Shown here: in pieces, positions 38,365 to 62,600 of the stretch
How positions within the stretch are numbered: the stretch's first letter is position 1
Layout: each line of letters opens with the position of its first letter
Assembly: GCA_951406725.2 (NCBI GenBank)
Contig: OX597818.1
Span: forward strand, 138,632,001-138,696,000
DNA from: Octopus vulgaris
Lineage: Eukaryota
Length of the DNA stretch: 64,000 bases
Reading direction: 5' to 3'
Translations under genes and position numbers: made by a program
The notes under the pieces: generated by a model
What the model saw: only the letters and a program-made list of their open reading frames with translations
Told to the model about the DNA's origin: nothing
The model's database searches: none

Positions 38365-38950
38365 GTGGATGAGAAGGCTCTCTTGGTGTAACGCTACTTG
38401 ATAGGGTATGTAGCTCAGGGACCAAGGAAATCTTTCTAGGTTGAGCCACTACTTCTCTACATTGAAAGGCCACAACTCTGGTACTATGGACATGTGATTA
38501 GAACAGTGCTTTTCAAACATTTTGCTGGAGCGGAACCCCAAGGAAACATTCCACTGGCTCGAGGAACCCCTGTGCAATAATTTAATAGTTTTATGCACAC
38601 ATATCTGCACAGGAGAATTAAAAATTACTGCCGATTTTAGCAGTTTTGTAACTTCTTGTGGAACCCCTGGACCTTACTGGCGGAACCCTGGTTGAAAACC
38701 ACTGCATTAGAATGTTACAGAAAAGAATTGCAAGACAGATTCTCCAAGCCAAACCAACCAGCAGGTGACCTAGGGGTGAACCAAGAATAAGATGGTGGGA
38801 TAATATCCATTATTTCAGTTGGTCGTGCTTTGCAGACCTGCTGGAAAATGTAATGAAGGTTGCTTTCGATAGGACCCTGTAGAGGGGGTGCCTAAGGTTT
38901 CTACCCCCAACAACTCTCTCAGGAATAGCGGGTTGAGAAGATGGATGAAT
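38365..38950 (+). mobile_element. RTE (Expander/Rex3-like) LINE 3' relic split by an hAT MITE
   Basis: After removing the MITE it reads VEPLLLYIERPQLWYYGHVIRMLQKRIARQILQAKPTSR*PRGEPRIRWWDNI. Ends GAAGATGGATG. Confidence 0.85.
38504..38704. mobile_element. hAT MITE (second copy 49075-49275)
   Basis: TIRs CAGTGCTTTTCAA / TTGAAAACCACTG. TSD GATTAGAA/CATTAGAA. Confidence 0.88.
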
Positions 38951-39121
38951 TTCTTTTAAATATGCTAATTTTTATACCTGTTCTGGTATAATATTGTATG
39001 TCTAATTAGTGATCTCATTATTATTTTGTAATAAGTTTGCAACACGATTTCTTTTTAATGTTTATTATATTAAATATGTTAACACTAACTTAGATCAATA
39101 CTCATTATTTGACTTAGTTTT

Positions 39122-39325
39122 AAGGTGGCGAGCTGACCGAAATGTTAGCATGCTGGGCGAAATGATTAGCAGTATTTTGTCTTTACGTTCTGAGTTCAAA
39201 TTCCACCCAGGTCGACTTTGCCTTTCGTCCTCTTGGGGGTCGATAAATTAGGTACCAGTTGCATACTGGGGTTGATCTAATTGACTAACCTCCTCCCCAA
39301 AAATTTTGTGCCTTGAGTAGAAAAG
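39122..39325 (+). mobile_element. Family B-related SINE (duplicate at ~49727-49930)
   Basis: Family B head and central domain with a variant 3' part. Confidence 0.8.
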
Positions 39326-40751
39326 ATTATTTGACTTATTTTTACTTCTGTCCTGCAGTGTCATACTTGTAGCTTGAGTCCATTAACACCAGTAGCAGTT
39401 TGAAAATTTTACATTTCACATTGGTAGAGCTTCTGAAATTTTAATTAAAACATTCATCTACATCCAAAATATGACCTTAATAGAGATATTAATATTTTAG
39501 TAGCCACCTTAATGATTTTATTTTTGTTTGACACTATCATCTCCATCTCCATTAAATACAAAACTAGCAGTATTTATACTAGTACTACTGCTCTTCTTTA
39601 AACATCACCTCTGACTAAACTTGTAGAATAGTTAAAGCATTGGAAAAGTGGTTTGTGATTTATCTTTTTATGACTCTTTACATTCTGAGTTCAAATCCCT
39701 CCAAAGTAAACTTTATTTTCATTGCTCTTTGGTCAGTAAATTAGAATCAAGGGTATCGACTAACTCTCCCCACAAAATTACTGGTCTTGTTTCTAAATTA
39801 GAAGCAATTATTAATATTTTTGCAATCCTCTCATTATTTGATCACTGTTATTTGATATTATCTGACATCATATTAGTATTAGTGTAATGCAAACATTGTG
39901 GTGACAATTGTATTTTTGTAAATCTAAAGTTGGGGTCTTTATTGTTAATCTTTCAGACATCGTTTTCCTTTCTTCTTCTTCTTCCCCTTTTTTATCGCCA
40001 TTATATTCATTTACTCATTCTTTCATTTTCTCATCAGTTTCTTTACTGTTTGCTTTTTTTCTTAGTATTTAGCATGATTCTTATTTTTTTTAATAATCTT
40101 TTATTTATTTTTTCTTATTTTTTTTTAATAATCTTTTATTTATTTTTTTCTTATTTTTTCCTCCTTTTCTACTTTTCTCCTATTTCCAATTATACATTCC
40201 TCTCTTGTTCTCTTTTCTCAACTCTTCTTCTTCATTTCGTTTTCATTCTATCATTTATTTGTTCTATTCTGAAGGACTTTTTTGTCTTTTGTACATTTAT
40301 TCCTGACCAGTTTTGCTATTGCTTTGATCTCTTTGATTTTCTGCCATTAAAGTAGGAAACTTCATCTTTCTCTTCACTACCCAACTCTCTCTCTCTCTCC
40401 ACCTCTCTTTGTATTTCCGATGACTCTTTTCTCACCATCGCCCACTCACCCATCTACTTAAACCTCTGTCTTCATAATTGTTACATCCATGCAACAACCC
40501 ACCTACATACTGAACATGAAATTTTTCTTTTTTATAATGCCTACTCTACCATCTGCGCTACAGTCATGCTAACTTAACCAGACAATGTGATATCCTGTTT
40601 TTCAGCACGTGTAAGATATACTTGCATAACATAGCAGCCATCACTACAATATTCTGCAGTTTAGTAGAGTAAAATGAGCCCAGTCTGCACACTGAACTGG
40701 GGACTTTTGCATTTTATTTTGTCTTGTAATATGGTTATTATTGATTTCACA

Positions 40752-41138
40752 TGGAGGCACAATGGCCCAGTGGTTAGGGCAGCGGACTCACAGTCATAGG
40801 ATCGCGGTTTCGATTCCCAGACCGGGCGTTGTGAGTGTTTATTGAGCGAAAACACCTAAAGCTCCACGAGGCTCCGGCAGGGGATGGTGGTGATCCCTGC
40901 TGTACTCTTTCACCACAACTTTCTCTCACTCTTACTTCCTGTTTCTGTTGTACCTGTATTTCAAGGGGCCGGCCTTGTCACTCTCTGTGTCACACTGAAT
41001 ATCCCCGAGAACTACGTTAAGGGTACACGTGTCTGTGGAGTGCTCAGCCACTTACACGTTAATTTCACGAGCAGGCTGTTCCGTTGATTCGGATTAACCG
41101 GAACCCTCGTCGTCGTAACTGACGGAGTGCTTCCATCC
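40752..41138 (+). mobile_element. SINE family C (duplicate at 51363-51746)
   Basis: Near-identical to 25829-26212. Confidence 0.92.
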
Positions 41139-41463
41139 ATTACTTTGACAGAGTGCAACAAGTGTATTGTTGCAAATACCTTCGTATGTGCCAGCACTTT
41201 AATGTTTATTCTGTTGTCACAGAACAATGTTTGACTTGCCTTTCCAGCATACAGCTCGCTTATTCCAGATGTTCCATCTTTTTAGATTAATTTTCTTGGA
41301 ACAATGAAAAAAAAAAAACCCATTAAAAATGAGAACAAAATGAACTGGAAAATAAGCAAACAAAAATAAAATGAATTACTTTTTTCTCTGTTTTAAATAA
41401 ATAACAAAAAGAAATTTCACATGCAATTTTGCTGAATTTTTTGAAATTGATATAAGCACATTG

Positions 41464-41526
<63 letters not shown>

Positions 41527-42304
41527 ATGTTATGTTAGATTAAAAACAAATCTGTATTTACTTTTATTTCAAAAGTGGAATGAATGTGTGTGTATACATA
41601 CACACACACACACCACCTCATAGCTGATGTGTGTTTGTGCATGAATATGAACACGTGTTAACTTCACAGATATTTTAACTGTCTTGACTGACAAAAAAAT
41701 CTTTATTCTTACTGAGTCAGAGTAGGGTGTACCAATCTTTCATTGTCAAATTCAAGCTGTTATAGATACAGATCAAGCTTTTCAAGATTAATCTCTACAG
41801 TTGAGAACAATTCTATAGTCATTCATCAACTGATGCGTTTTGCTTTTAATTATAAAATCAAAATTTTTAATCCTAAATTTTATGATCAAATGTTAAAACC
41901 AGATGACAGATTAGATCTATCACCGAAGTAGACCATGGTGGGATATGAGCTTGATATGCAATGACTTGGGGGAACAAATACCACCAGGCATTTGGTCCAA
42001 CATTTTTGCAATCTTAACAAACTACTGGCTTGAGTTGCTACTTTTATTTATTGAACCCAAGTGGATGAAGTGTAAAGTTGGCAGGATTTGAACTCAGAGT
42101 GCTGAAAATTGGAACTCTTACTGCAAAACCTTTCCCTAATCCTTACAATGTTGCCGACCTCCTTCTCACACTTTCCTTATCCCTTCCTCCAACACTCTTG
42201 CAAATCCCCACTACCCCAATCCACTACTAATCCTGCTACTTGAGTTGCCACCTAGAAAGCTCATCTATCTCTTTGGAGATAACCTTTCATTCATTCTCTT
42301 TCTC

Positions 42305-42341
<37 letters not shown>

Positions 42342-42373
42342 GCCCCTAAATGTGAGTAGTCAGTCCTCTACAA

Positions 42374-42682
42374 ATAGGGTTCTCAACCATTTTTTATCTG
42401 TCGACCCCTTTGGTTACCATTTTATTCTGGTGGATCCCAAACCCCTTTCAAAATACCTTTTTTATTTTGCACATAACTTGTGTAGGTTGAACTATGTAAA
42501 ATGTCAGAAAAAAAAAGACCAAGCCGTTTTTAGCAATATGTATCAATACATTTAAAGCAAAACTTTTTCAGAGGCCTTTAAAATACTATCATCGATCCGC
42601 AATTTACTATTTCGTTGCATGGACTCCCAAAAATCTTATATGGACACTCAAGGGCCATCTGGACCCCAGTTGAGAAGCACTG
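42374..42682. mobile_element. hAT MITE of the same family as 15453, inverted (duplicate ~52966-53274)
   Basis: GGTTCTCAACC ... GTTGAGAAGCACTG. TSD CTCTACAA/TTCTAAAA. Confidence 0.75.
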
Positions 42683-42954
42683 TTCTAAAACAAGAACCTT
42701 ACTCTTCCTCCAACCTCTTCCCTCATACTTTAATCCCCATCCAAAATACTGTTGCAGCATCTTCCCTCTCTGAGTTTGATGGCTTGTGAGCTACTTAAAA
42801 TCTTCCATTGTTCCAGTGGCATGAAAAATAAAAAAAGCACTCAGTACACACTGTAAAGTGGTTGGTGTTACGAAGGGCATCCAGCTATAGAAACAATGCC
42901 ACGGCAAGCAGTGGAGCACAATGCAATTCTTTGACTCATTGGATCCTTGTCAAA

Positions 42955-43536
42955 CTGTCCAACCCATGCTAATATGGAACATGGACATTAAATAATGATG
43001 ATGATGATGATTCTTTTAATAATTTCAGTACAGCCAGGAACAGTCTTCGCTACATTTGCGGTACCTGCCAGAGGGAGTGTTTGTCCAGGATAGGACTACA
43101 CAGCCACAGCAGGAAATGTATCAGGACATGAAATGTAAAAGCCGGACTAGACTACTTTATGCGCAACTCCATTGTCTCCCGAGACAAAAAGGATGCCAAC
43201 CAAGGAAGATGTTACCATGCTGGAGCACCACCTTCAAGGATTTTACTGTCCAAACCATGCTAATATGAAACATGGACATTAAATGATGATGATGATGATT
43301 CTTTTAATAATTTCAGTACAGCCAGGAACAGTCTTCGCTACATTTGCGGTACCTGCCAGAGGGAGTGTTTGTCCAGGATAGGACTACACAGCCACAGCAG
43401 GAAATGTATCAGGACATGAAATGTAAAAGCCGGACTAGACTACTTTATGCGCAACTCCATTGTCTCCCGAGACAAAAAGGATGTCAACCAAGGAAGATGT
43501 TACCATGCTGGAGCACCATCTTCAAGGATTTTACTA
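42955..43536 (+). repeat. ~288-bp tandem duplication containing an RTE LINE 3' end with a CCHC zinc-finger (also at ~53545-54126)
   Basis: 43021-43131 and 43309-43419 translate NFSTARNSLRYICGTCQRECLSRIGLHSHSRKCIRT*, the RTE C-terminal C..C.R.C.SRIGL.SH.R.C motif, followed by the CCATTGTCTCCCGAGAC 3' stem-loop. Confidence 0.88.
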
Positions 43537-43596
43537 TAGCAATTATTTTATTAAGTTACTTTTTTGGTTATGTAAGGATGCAACATAACTTGCCAT

Positions 43597-43632
<36 letters not shown>

Positions 43633-44171
43633 ATTTTTAGTTGAAACTGAGACTACAATTAAATAGATGTGCATGTGTGCACATTCACCTCATACTTGTC
43701 TCCCCGCCTTCTCTCTGCATACATGCAATAGGCTTCCATACAGTTTCTATCTACTGAAATGTATACATGATACATGAAATATATATCGAATGATATAATG
43801 AAAGTAAAAATAAATACGTAACGAGTATACAAATCAGTGGAGTGGGATATTATTAATAAAAGAAGAGAAAAAAAATGTAAAAATACCACCTACATCATTC
43901 TGGAACAAAATAGGTAAAAAAAGGAAAGGATTCTGAATCAACAACCATTATTTTACATAATATCAGATTTTAGAAACATTTGACAACATTTAGATGTTGA
44001 GAGAGTATATATGTTTTATTTTTTTAACATTTTAAAATCTTTTTTTTTTTTTTTTTTCCCTTTGCGAGTCAATATAAATTAAAATATTTTTAAAGTTCAC
44101 ATTACAGAGATGAAGAGATTGAGTGAAAAGTTTCCAGTAAAAAAATAAAGAAAAAAATCTACAATGGGTTT

Positions 44172-44235
44172 TATATATATATATATATATATACGCATAT
44201 ATATATACATATATATACATACATACATATATACA

Positions 44236-44315
<80 letters not shown>

Positions 44316-44322
44316 TATATAT

Positions 44323-44396
<74 letters not shown>

Positions 44397-44467
44397 GCAT
44401 ATATATATATATATATATACATACATATATTAATGTGTGTATGTCTATGAATATGTATGTATGTTTA

Positions 44468-44504
<37 letters not shown>

Positions 44505-44505
44505 A
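44172..44505. repeat. (TA)n/(TG)n microsatellite field (duplicate 54763-55105)
   Basis: Direct reading. Confidence 0.95.
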
Positions 44506-45250
44506 TGAATGTATTTGAATTCGTGTTGGTTCTGTGCATGCTATTCGTTTATTAAGTATGCATGAACGATTGAATATTTTTTCCTGAAAAATTCTTTTGA
44601 TTTAATATGTTTTTTTTTTTCATGTTTTTGTGTTAAATCTTCAATTGGAAAATTGAACAAACACAAATCCTTATGTATACATTTTTTTTTTGTGTGTGTG
44701 TGTATTCTCATTGATATTATATTTTGTGTATGCATATATACATTTACCTATCTGAAAGTACATTCGTGTGGTGTGTATATTTGTTTGTGTGTTCAATATA
44801 CATATTCTACATTTCTCCAGACATATATCTGGTGGTGTGTTAGGACTCTATACGCACATAACTGTATAAACATACGCGTACAATTATACACAAATATAAT
44901 ATATACATATATGTGTAATATAGTTCAACATAAACACAATAAATGCATGTTTACTTGTCTACACGCATACTTGATTTTGACATTTGATATCTGTATAAAA
45001 AGTTCTTTTATTTTAGATTTCGAAATATCACTTTTGTACCCTTTGTTATATCGCTTTGATATCTCCCATTATATCCCCAATAGATCTATTCAATTTTCAT
45101 GTAACACTACACAATATAGGATTCAGGCCATACTTATATCCTATTGGTTTGTGATAAATAAAATGTTCAATTGATTAATCTTTGCTTGAATGGGTTCAAA
45201 ATATCATCACCATTGTCATTGCAGCATTGCTAACACTGATGTTGCCACCA

Positions 45251-45288
<38 letters not shown>

Positions 45289-45552
45289 ATAATTGCATGC
45301 CAGTAACAAGTTTTAAAGTCTGCATTTCTGCGATTCATTTGAACCCATCTAAGTTGACTTAGCCTTTCATCCCTCTGGTATTTACAAAATAAATAACCAA
45401 ATTGATTTAAAAGGGTGGAGCAACTTGTGCATAGAATGTTAGGGTTTGTTGTGATATTTGACCCTGTAGTTTTGCCAACTTTTCTGTGAATTGTACTGTG
45501 TGTGTGTGTGAAAGTGAGTCTTAACTTGTGCTTTAACATCAGATTGCACCAT

Positions 45553-45584
<32 letters not shown>

Positions 45585-47383
45585 TTGATTTCTGACATAT
45601 GCCAAGGGCACTAAGGGAAGGGTACAATTGATTGCATTGACCCCAATACTTAAATACTTTGATCTTGGCAGGATTTGAACTCAGCACCAAAAGATACGTC
45701 ATTAAGTATGATAAGGTATTTGTATCTACTGCTCTACTTTAGCTGCCACATAATGCTCCTCCTCCTCCTACTACTACTACTAATACTACCACCACCACCA
45801 ATAATTTCTACTCTGGACACAAGGCCTGAAATTTTGGTGGGGAAGGACTAGTCAATTACATTGACCCCATTACCTTAGTGACTCTGAAAGGATGAAAGGC
45901 AAATTCAACCTGGGCAGAATTTGAACTCAGAATGTAAAGACAGACAAAATGCTGCTAAGCTCACCATCTGGTGGGTTACACTACTAAAAACATTCAGTTA
46001 AGCATAAAATATTCAGAAAGTTCTGTGAGCTGCAGGTCACCCATGGCTGTATTAGATCATAGTTATCAAACTTGTTTTTCCTTAATACAAGTAGTTGGAA
46101 AGTGGAATAAATATCTTTCAGGATGACAAGGAATAATGTAATGTTTTTGAGCAGAGCTCCTTCTTTGGAAGTGATGTCCTCTGATGTCACCAAATTTCAG
46201 TACAAGATTTTCTGACGACAGGTTTTGTCTGAAACATTAACCCTTTCTTCTACTTTATTGCAAGATCATGTTTTTTTTTATTACTTTTCCAATCTTTTAT
46301 ACTCGTTGTCAACCAACATGGACCCATTATGACTTTTCCTGGATCTTATTGTTAGATTCAAAATATTATTTAGTTAGTAAGAACTCTGCCAAAGACGTAC
46401 TTACTGTAAGCAAAAAGAGGAAGCTGTGTTTGCGATTAACTGTTTATGGGAAACTAGATACCAGTCCCTGTTTTGAGAGTGATTGATTTGTAATTTCCAG
46501 CTGTTCAGTAGCCGTTTCCAAAATATATGCAAACACCCTGGTTTTCAAATGTGTTGTATATTTGATATCACAGGAAAGAAAGTCTAAAATAGAGCCTGCC
46601 TTTCTCATTGCTTAAGTGTTTCCTTTTCAAATTGATATATATTCACTTATGTGTATATATCTGTATATATGTATGTTTGTGTGTTGGGGTTGATAAAGTG
46701 CCAATCATGTACTGAGCTTCAGGGTATTGATAACTCTGTTAAAAAATTACTGGGTTTGTGCTTAAATTAGGTACTGTTATTATTATTATTATCATCATCA
46801 TCATCATCAGCATTATTTAGTGGTATTTTGCCTGTCGCTACATCCTGAATTCAAATTCCACCAAGATTGAGTTTGTCTTCCATCCTTTTGGGGGTCAATA
46901 AATTAAGTACCTTTGAAACACTGGGATTGACTGGTCCTCTCCCACCAAATATTCTCCATATCTTGTATTGAGTACTTTTCCCCCTCACTTGTAAATACAA
47001 ACTATTATCTAATTTACACACGCACTCTTATATATTGACTGTACTTGAAAATTATTTTCAAACCTTCTTTTAATGTTGTAAGATAGAGAATATTCAAATA
47101 TTGTTATTTCCTCTCTGAAGTTCCATATCTATTGTCTTTTTACTATTTATCTTTATTTTGTTTCCTTGTATTTTTTTGTAAAACTAGTGCAATTCCGTTA
47201 CATCCTTAATTAATTACTTTGATGTTACGTTTTTGTAAAACTGTCTTCTTTTTTCATCAATTGTTAAGTTCTCTGGGTGTTTTTATTTAGTCCTTCAGGT
47301 GTTATTCAATCCAATTGTTTCCCATATATTTTTCTCTGTGCATCATACATATGTGATTGTGCGTCTATGTGTGTGTCTGTGTG

Positions 47384-47441
<58 letters not shown>

Positions 47442-47729
47442 CACAGACACACACACACATATTTATATATATATATATGTATATATTTAAATCTGTGTGT
47501 CTGTGTATATATATATTTATGTATGTATGTATTACATATATGTAAATATATCATTTCTTTTGTTTTACACAAACTAGATTTATTCAGAAAAACTTTTTAT
47601 TTGTCCTCTATTAATACAACAGTTTTTGAATTTCACACACTCTTTATTGGCTAAATATATCTTAAAATATTAAAAAAAAAATATTGCAATAAATATATAA
47701 ATGAACAACTACAATAATAAACACACCTC

Positions 47730-47761
<32 letters not shown>

Positions 47762-48405
47762 CTTGTTCATGAGTGTTTCTATGTGAATTCTTTGTTCATC
47801 ACAATATCCCACATCACTCGCATGAATACATGAATATACGACTACCTGTCTTTCTATACGCATTTGCCTCACCAGCAGCTACTGTGTAATTGCTTTATAT
47901 GTATTTTAAATATTGTGTGTGTGTATTAATGTACATATGTATCTATGAAATCTTATGATCTTATATAAATATATATGCGTAAACACGTGCAAAAACATTT
48001 GTATGTGTGAAAAAAAAGAAATAAAGTAGGATTTTTTTTTATTTTTTTCTAATTTTCTTCGTATTTGATCTCTCGGTATATATATATTCTTTCTATGTTG
48101 TCTGTTACAAGTCTGTTTATATTTCCTTTATATTTCTCAATGTAGTAGTTAGTGGTGGTGGTTCGGTGGTGAAAGAATCAGTTTGTGTTTAAAAATACAA
48201 AATAAAAACCAAAAAAAACTAAACAAAAAAACAAAAACAAAACAAAGCAAAAAGTACAAAAGCAACAACAAAAATTCGCTGCAGTGTCTATATAGATGTG
48301 TTTGTGTTTGTTTGATGAGTTTATCAATGCATATATTGATAGGTATCTATAATCATCATCATTGTTTGTATATTTGTTCATTTTTCTATATCACTGGTTT
48401 TTGTG

Positions 48406-48463
<58 letters not shown>

Positions 48464-48870
48464 TGTTACTAAAAAGGAAATCTTATCCAAGAATGGTATT
48501 AAGAGGAGCAACTATATTTTGTGTAAACATTTCCAGGTTTGTAGTTTTAGAATCTCTACAGTTTTCACTGAGTGCTCGCTTGTTCATTCTCTTTTTATTT
48601 ATATTGGTTTTCCTGATGTTCAACCAATGTCTTTTCACAGGATTCTTGCTTGTCAGTTAGCAAATGTTACATTTTCCTAGCTTTCTCTCCCCCCCCCGAG
48701 TTCTCTTCCTATCCATTTCTGGTTCCATCAGTTACTCTTTACTCTTTTACTCTTTTACTTGTTTCAGTCATTTGACTGCGGCCATGCTGGAGCACCGCCT
48801 TTAGTCGAGCAAATCGACCCCGAAACTTATTCTTTTTGTAAGCCATCAGTACTTATTCTAATGGTCTGTT

Positions 48871-48970
48871 NNNNNNNNNNNNNNNNNNNNNNNNNNNNNN
48901 NNNNNNNNNNNNNNNNNNNNNNNNNNNNNNNNNNNNNNNNNNNNNNNNNNNNNNNNNNNNNNNNNNNNNN
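48871..48970. other. Assembly gap (100 N)
   Basis: Run of exactly 100 N, the usual scaffolding placeholder. Confidence 0.99.
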
Positions 48971-48972
48971 GG

Positions 48973-59452
<10,480 letters not shown>

Positions 59453-60794
59453 TTTGCCGAACCGCTAAGTGACGGGGACGTAAACACACCAGCATCGGTT
59501 GTCAAGCAATGCTAGGGGGACAAACACAGACACACAAACACACACACACAAACACACACACATACATATATATATATACATATATACGACAGGCTTCTTT
59601 CAGTTTCCGTCTACCAAATCCACTCACAAGGCATTGGTCGGCCCGGGGCTATAGCAGAAGACACTTGCCCAAGATGCCACGCAGTGGGACTGAACCCGGA
59701 ACCATGTGGTTGGTTAGCAAGCTTCTTACCACACAGCCACTTTTGCGCCTATAGTTTGGTTTTGAAAAACATTTTAGGTCTGTCTTTTGTATTATCCTCT
59801 TTAATTAAGTCTAATGATAATTTGGAACTGTTCTTGTTTATTGATGGCTGCTGATAATATAATTTCATTTATTCTCTGTGTTTATGAATGAACGTGCGCC
59901 TTCTATTTTTAATTGTACACTTCTGTTGGGGCTATGTGTATGTGATTTGCTTTTGTTTCTTGGACTAAAAGTGAGATCTAATGGGTTTGGAGTTACAGCT
60001 AGCTCCCTCTTGATAGTATATTCTCTCTCGCTCCATTATGCCCTGTGTTGTGTTTTGGGTTTGAAAAAAATGTAAATTCACTTCTGTAGAAGCTGTTTGT
60101 TTCATAATTTTTTAAGTGTTTTCTGGCTCTTTTCTTCGTAGTAGGAGGTGTTTATTGGGTTTGTTACTCGAAACTAAGAAAATTTGCTTTTTATCTATGT
60201 AGGTTTTTTAAAATTTAATTATTCATATATTCACTTAATTGCATTTTTCTTTTAGTTTCCATAAAAAAAATTTTTTTGAGAGAAAATATTACTCTTAATT
60301 TAGAGAAAATGACTGTATATATGTAAGTTGATACGCATACATAAATGCACACATACACACACACACACATGCACTTTCACAAATATTTATTTGTAAATTA
60401 CTTTTTTCCTTTCTAACAATAGTGAAATGGTGATAATTATGTTAGTGTTCATCAAAAGCCAATGTAACTCTACAATTATGCCAAGACAGCTACCCACCTG
60501 AACTACCTTATCAAAGATTATGTCTAATTAAATATAATGTACTAAATATCACTTTCTCCTGCCAGACATCTATTGGTATGAAAGCGTTCTATCATACCCC
60601 TCAGTTTTTATCATAAAAATTCATTTAAAATAAAACTGCAACATACTTCACTTCTGAGAAGCCGCTTATAAATTTAAAAAATGTCCTTTCACTCATTCAT
60701 TGTATGCATTGGTCATCATCGATATGGACAGGTAAATGATGGTGAAGTGAAGTACATTATCTTCAAGGATGTATTTTGTTTTATAAAATCTATT

Positions 60795-61053
60795 TGGCTG
60801 GCTTCCGTGCCGGTGGCACGTTAAAAGCACCGACCGATCGTGGCCGATGCCAGACCCCCCCCCTGGCACCTGTGCAGGTGGCACGTAAAAAGCATCCACT
60901 ACACTCGCGGAGTGGTTGGCGTTAGGAAGGGCATCCAGCTGTAGAAACACTGCCAGATCAGACTGGAGCCTGGTGCAGCCCCTGGCTTCCCAGACCCCAG
61001 TCGAACCGTCCAACTCGCGCTAGCGCGGAAAACGGACGTTAAACGATGATGAT
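60795..61053 (+). mobile_element. Family D element, 5'-truncated
   Basis: Two GGTGGCACGT(T/A)AAAAGCA units, then the family D tail and (GAT)n. Confidence 0.88.
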
Positions 61054-61067
61054 TTCGCAATACAGAG

Positions 61068-61272
61068 CAAGGTGGCAGAATTGTTAGCATGCTGGGCAAA
61101 ATGCTTAGCAGGTATTTTCGTTTGTCTTTGCATTAGGAGTTCAAATTCTACTGAGGTTGACATTACCTTTCATCAATTCAGGATTGACAAAATAAGTACC
61201 AGTTGAACACAGATCAATGTAATTGACTTGGCCTCTTCTTTGAAATTGGTGGCCTTGTGCCAAAATGTGAAA
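61068..61272 (+). mobile_element. Degenerate family B-related SINE
   Basis: GGCAGAATTGTTAGCATGCTGGGCAAAATGCTTAGC...GAGTTCAAATTC...AAAATAAGTACCAG. Confidence 0.75.
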
Positions 61273-61896
61273 ACAATATAGCTAAATCTAGAGTATCCCT
61301 TAAGAGGCAAGAAATACATCAGATGTGGGCAACTGTTGTATCTTCTGCATATCCCTTTTATGTTTATGATGGCTCTGTCATTAATTGCTGGTTTAGAAAA
61401 CCAATCTACATTGTCATTTTATTCTTGCTGTCTGCTTCTTCTGGTGATACTTGAGCAAACTCACATTTTTGATAACTTTCTGATTTCTTTCTACATCTAC
61501 TGGAATCTAATATTGTCTTCATTTCTGTTTTTGCCACCCATTGTATGTATCATGCTCTAAGTTGGTCATTTTGTTTTACTTTAGCTGAAGAATGTCCTCA
61601 CAGTACCACAGCAGGAAATGTGTTTTACTTGGACCTTGTTCTTTTCAGTAATTAGTCCATCCAAAAATACTGCTGAGGTGATACACCTTTGTATGACTGT
61701 TGTTTGATCTATATCAGAGAATAGGATCATCCTCCACACAAAGGTCCAGGTGTTCTGAACATGGGTACTCTCAATTCTTCATAATAACTGTCTTAGTCTC
61801 TGCAAACTAAAGACCCACTTTAGAAGTATTTGAAATAAAATACTTAGTATTCTTTTCAGAGTGCTATGGTCAATTTGATTAAGGTAATGAGATATA

Positions 61897-61964
61897 TAAC
61901 TCTCTAAAAATGCTTTATAGTTATTTCCCTTACAAACCTGAGCAACGCCGGGCGATACTGCTAG
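61897..61964 (+). mobile_element. Helitron 3'-terminus fragment between 68-bp direct repeats
   Basis: ACCTGAGCAACGCCGGGCGATACTGCTAG|T, ending in the same ATACTGCTAGT as the element at 6676. Confidence 0.7.
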
Positions 61965-62256
61965 TTTGAAATAAAATACTTAGTATTCTTTTCAGAGTGC
62001 TATGGTCAATTTGATTAAGGTAATGAGATATAGAATAGCTTAGTTGGAAGAAACTCTTTAGGTCTTCTTAGGCTCATCAGAGGAAGAGAGGAAGGTCTTC
62101 TCATACTGGAGACCTGACTCAGCTAAAGGTACCCAATGATCCAGAGGAAGTTTTAGACTAAGTAATGGGTTAAGTTTATCACTCACACTAACTGGGATAC
62201 ATAAACTCAGTGTTATGTGAAGCCATTGCCAACTATTCTCAGATCTTTATCTTCAT

Positions 62257-62600
62257 TTCATCATCATCATCATCATAGTTTAACATCCGCTTTCCATGCT
62301 AGCATGGGTTGGACGGTTCAACTGGGGTCTGGGAAGCCCGAAGGCCTGCACCAGGCCAGTCAGATCTGGCAGTGTTTCTACAGCTGGATGCCCTTCCTAA
62401 CACCAACCACTCCGTGAGTGTAGTGGGTGCTTTTTATGTGCCAGCGACACAGGTGCCAGGGGAGGCTGGCGAACGGCCATGCTTGGATGGTGTTTTTTAT
62501 GTGCCACCGGCACGGAGGTCAGGCAAGGCTGGCATGGCCACGATTGGATGGTGTTTGTTACGTGCCACCAGCACGGAGGCCAGTCAATGCGGTACTGGCT
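62257..62600 (-). mobile_element. Family D element with internal repeats
   Basis: (CAT)n tail, family D tail, and three GTGCCACCGGCACGG-type units. Confidence 0.87.

Larger units (their letters stand above)
38402..48870 (+). repeat. ~10.5 kb block, copy 1
   Basis: Collinear with 48973-59452, differing by scattered SNPs, indels and microsatellite lengths. Confidence 0.97.

Noticed and set aside
39930-40355. 141-aa hydrophobic, membrane-protein-like ORF (twin 50533-50967)
   Set aside because: T-rich low-complexity DNA. The two copies are frameshifted relative to each other, so there is no coding constraint.
43056-43640. Repeated ORF MRYLPEGVFVQDRTTQPQQEMY... as a multicopy gene
   Set aside because: It is an alternative frame of the RTE zinc-finger relic. 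The four copies come from a local tandem duplication and the gap-flanking duplication.
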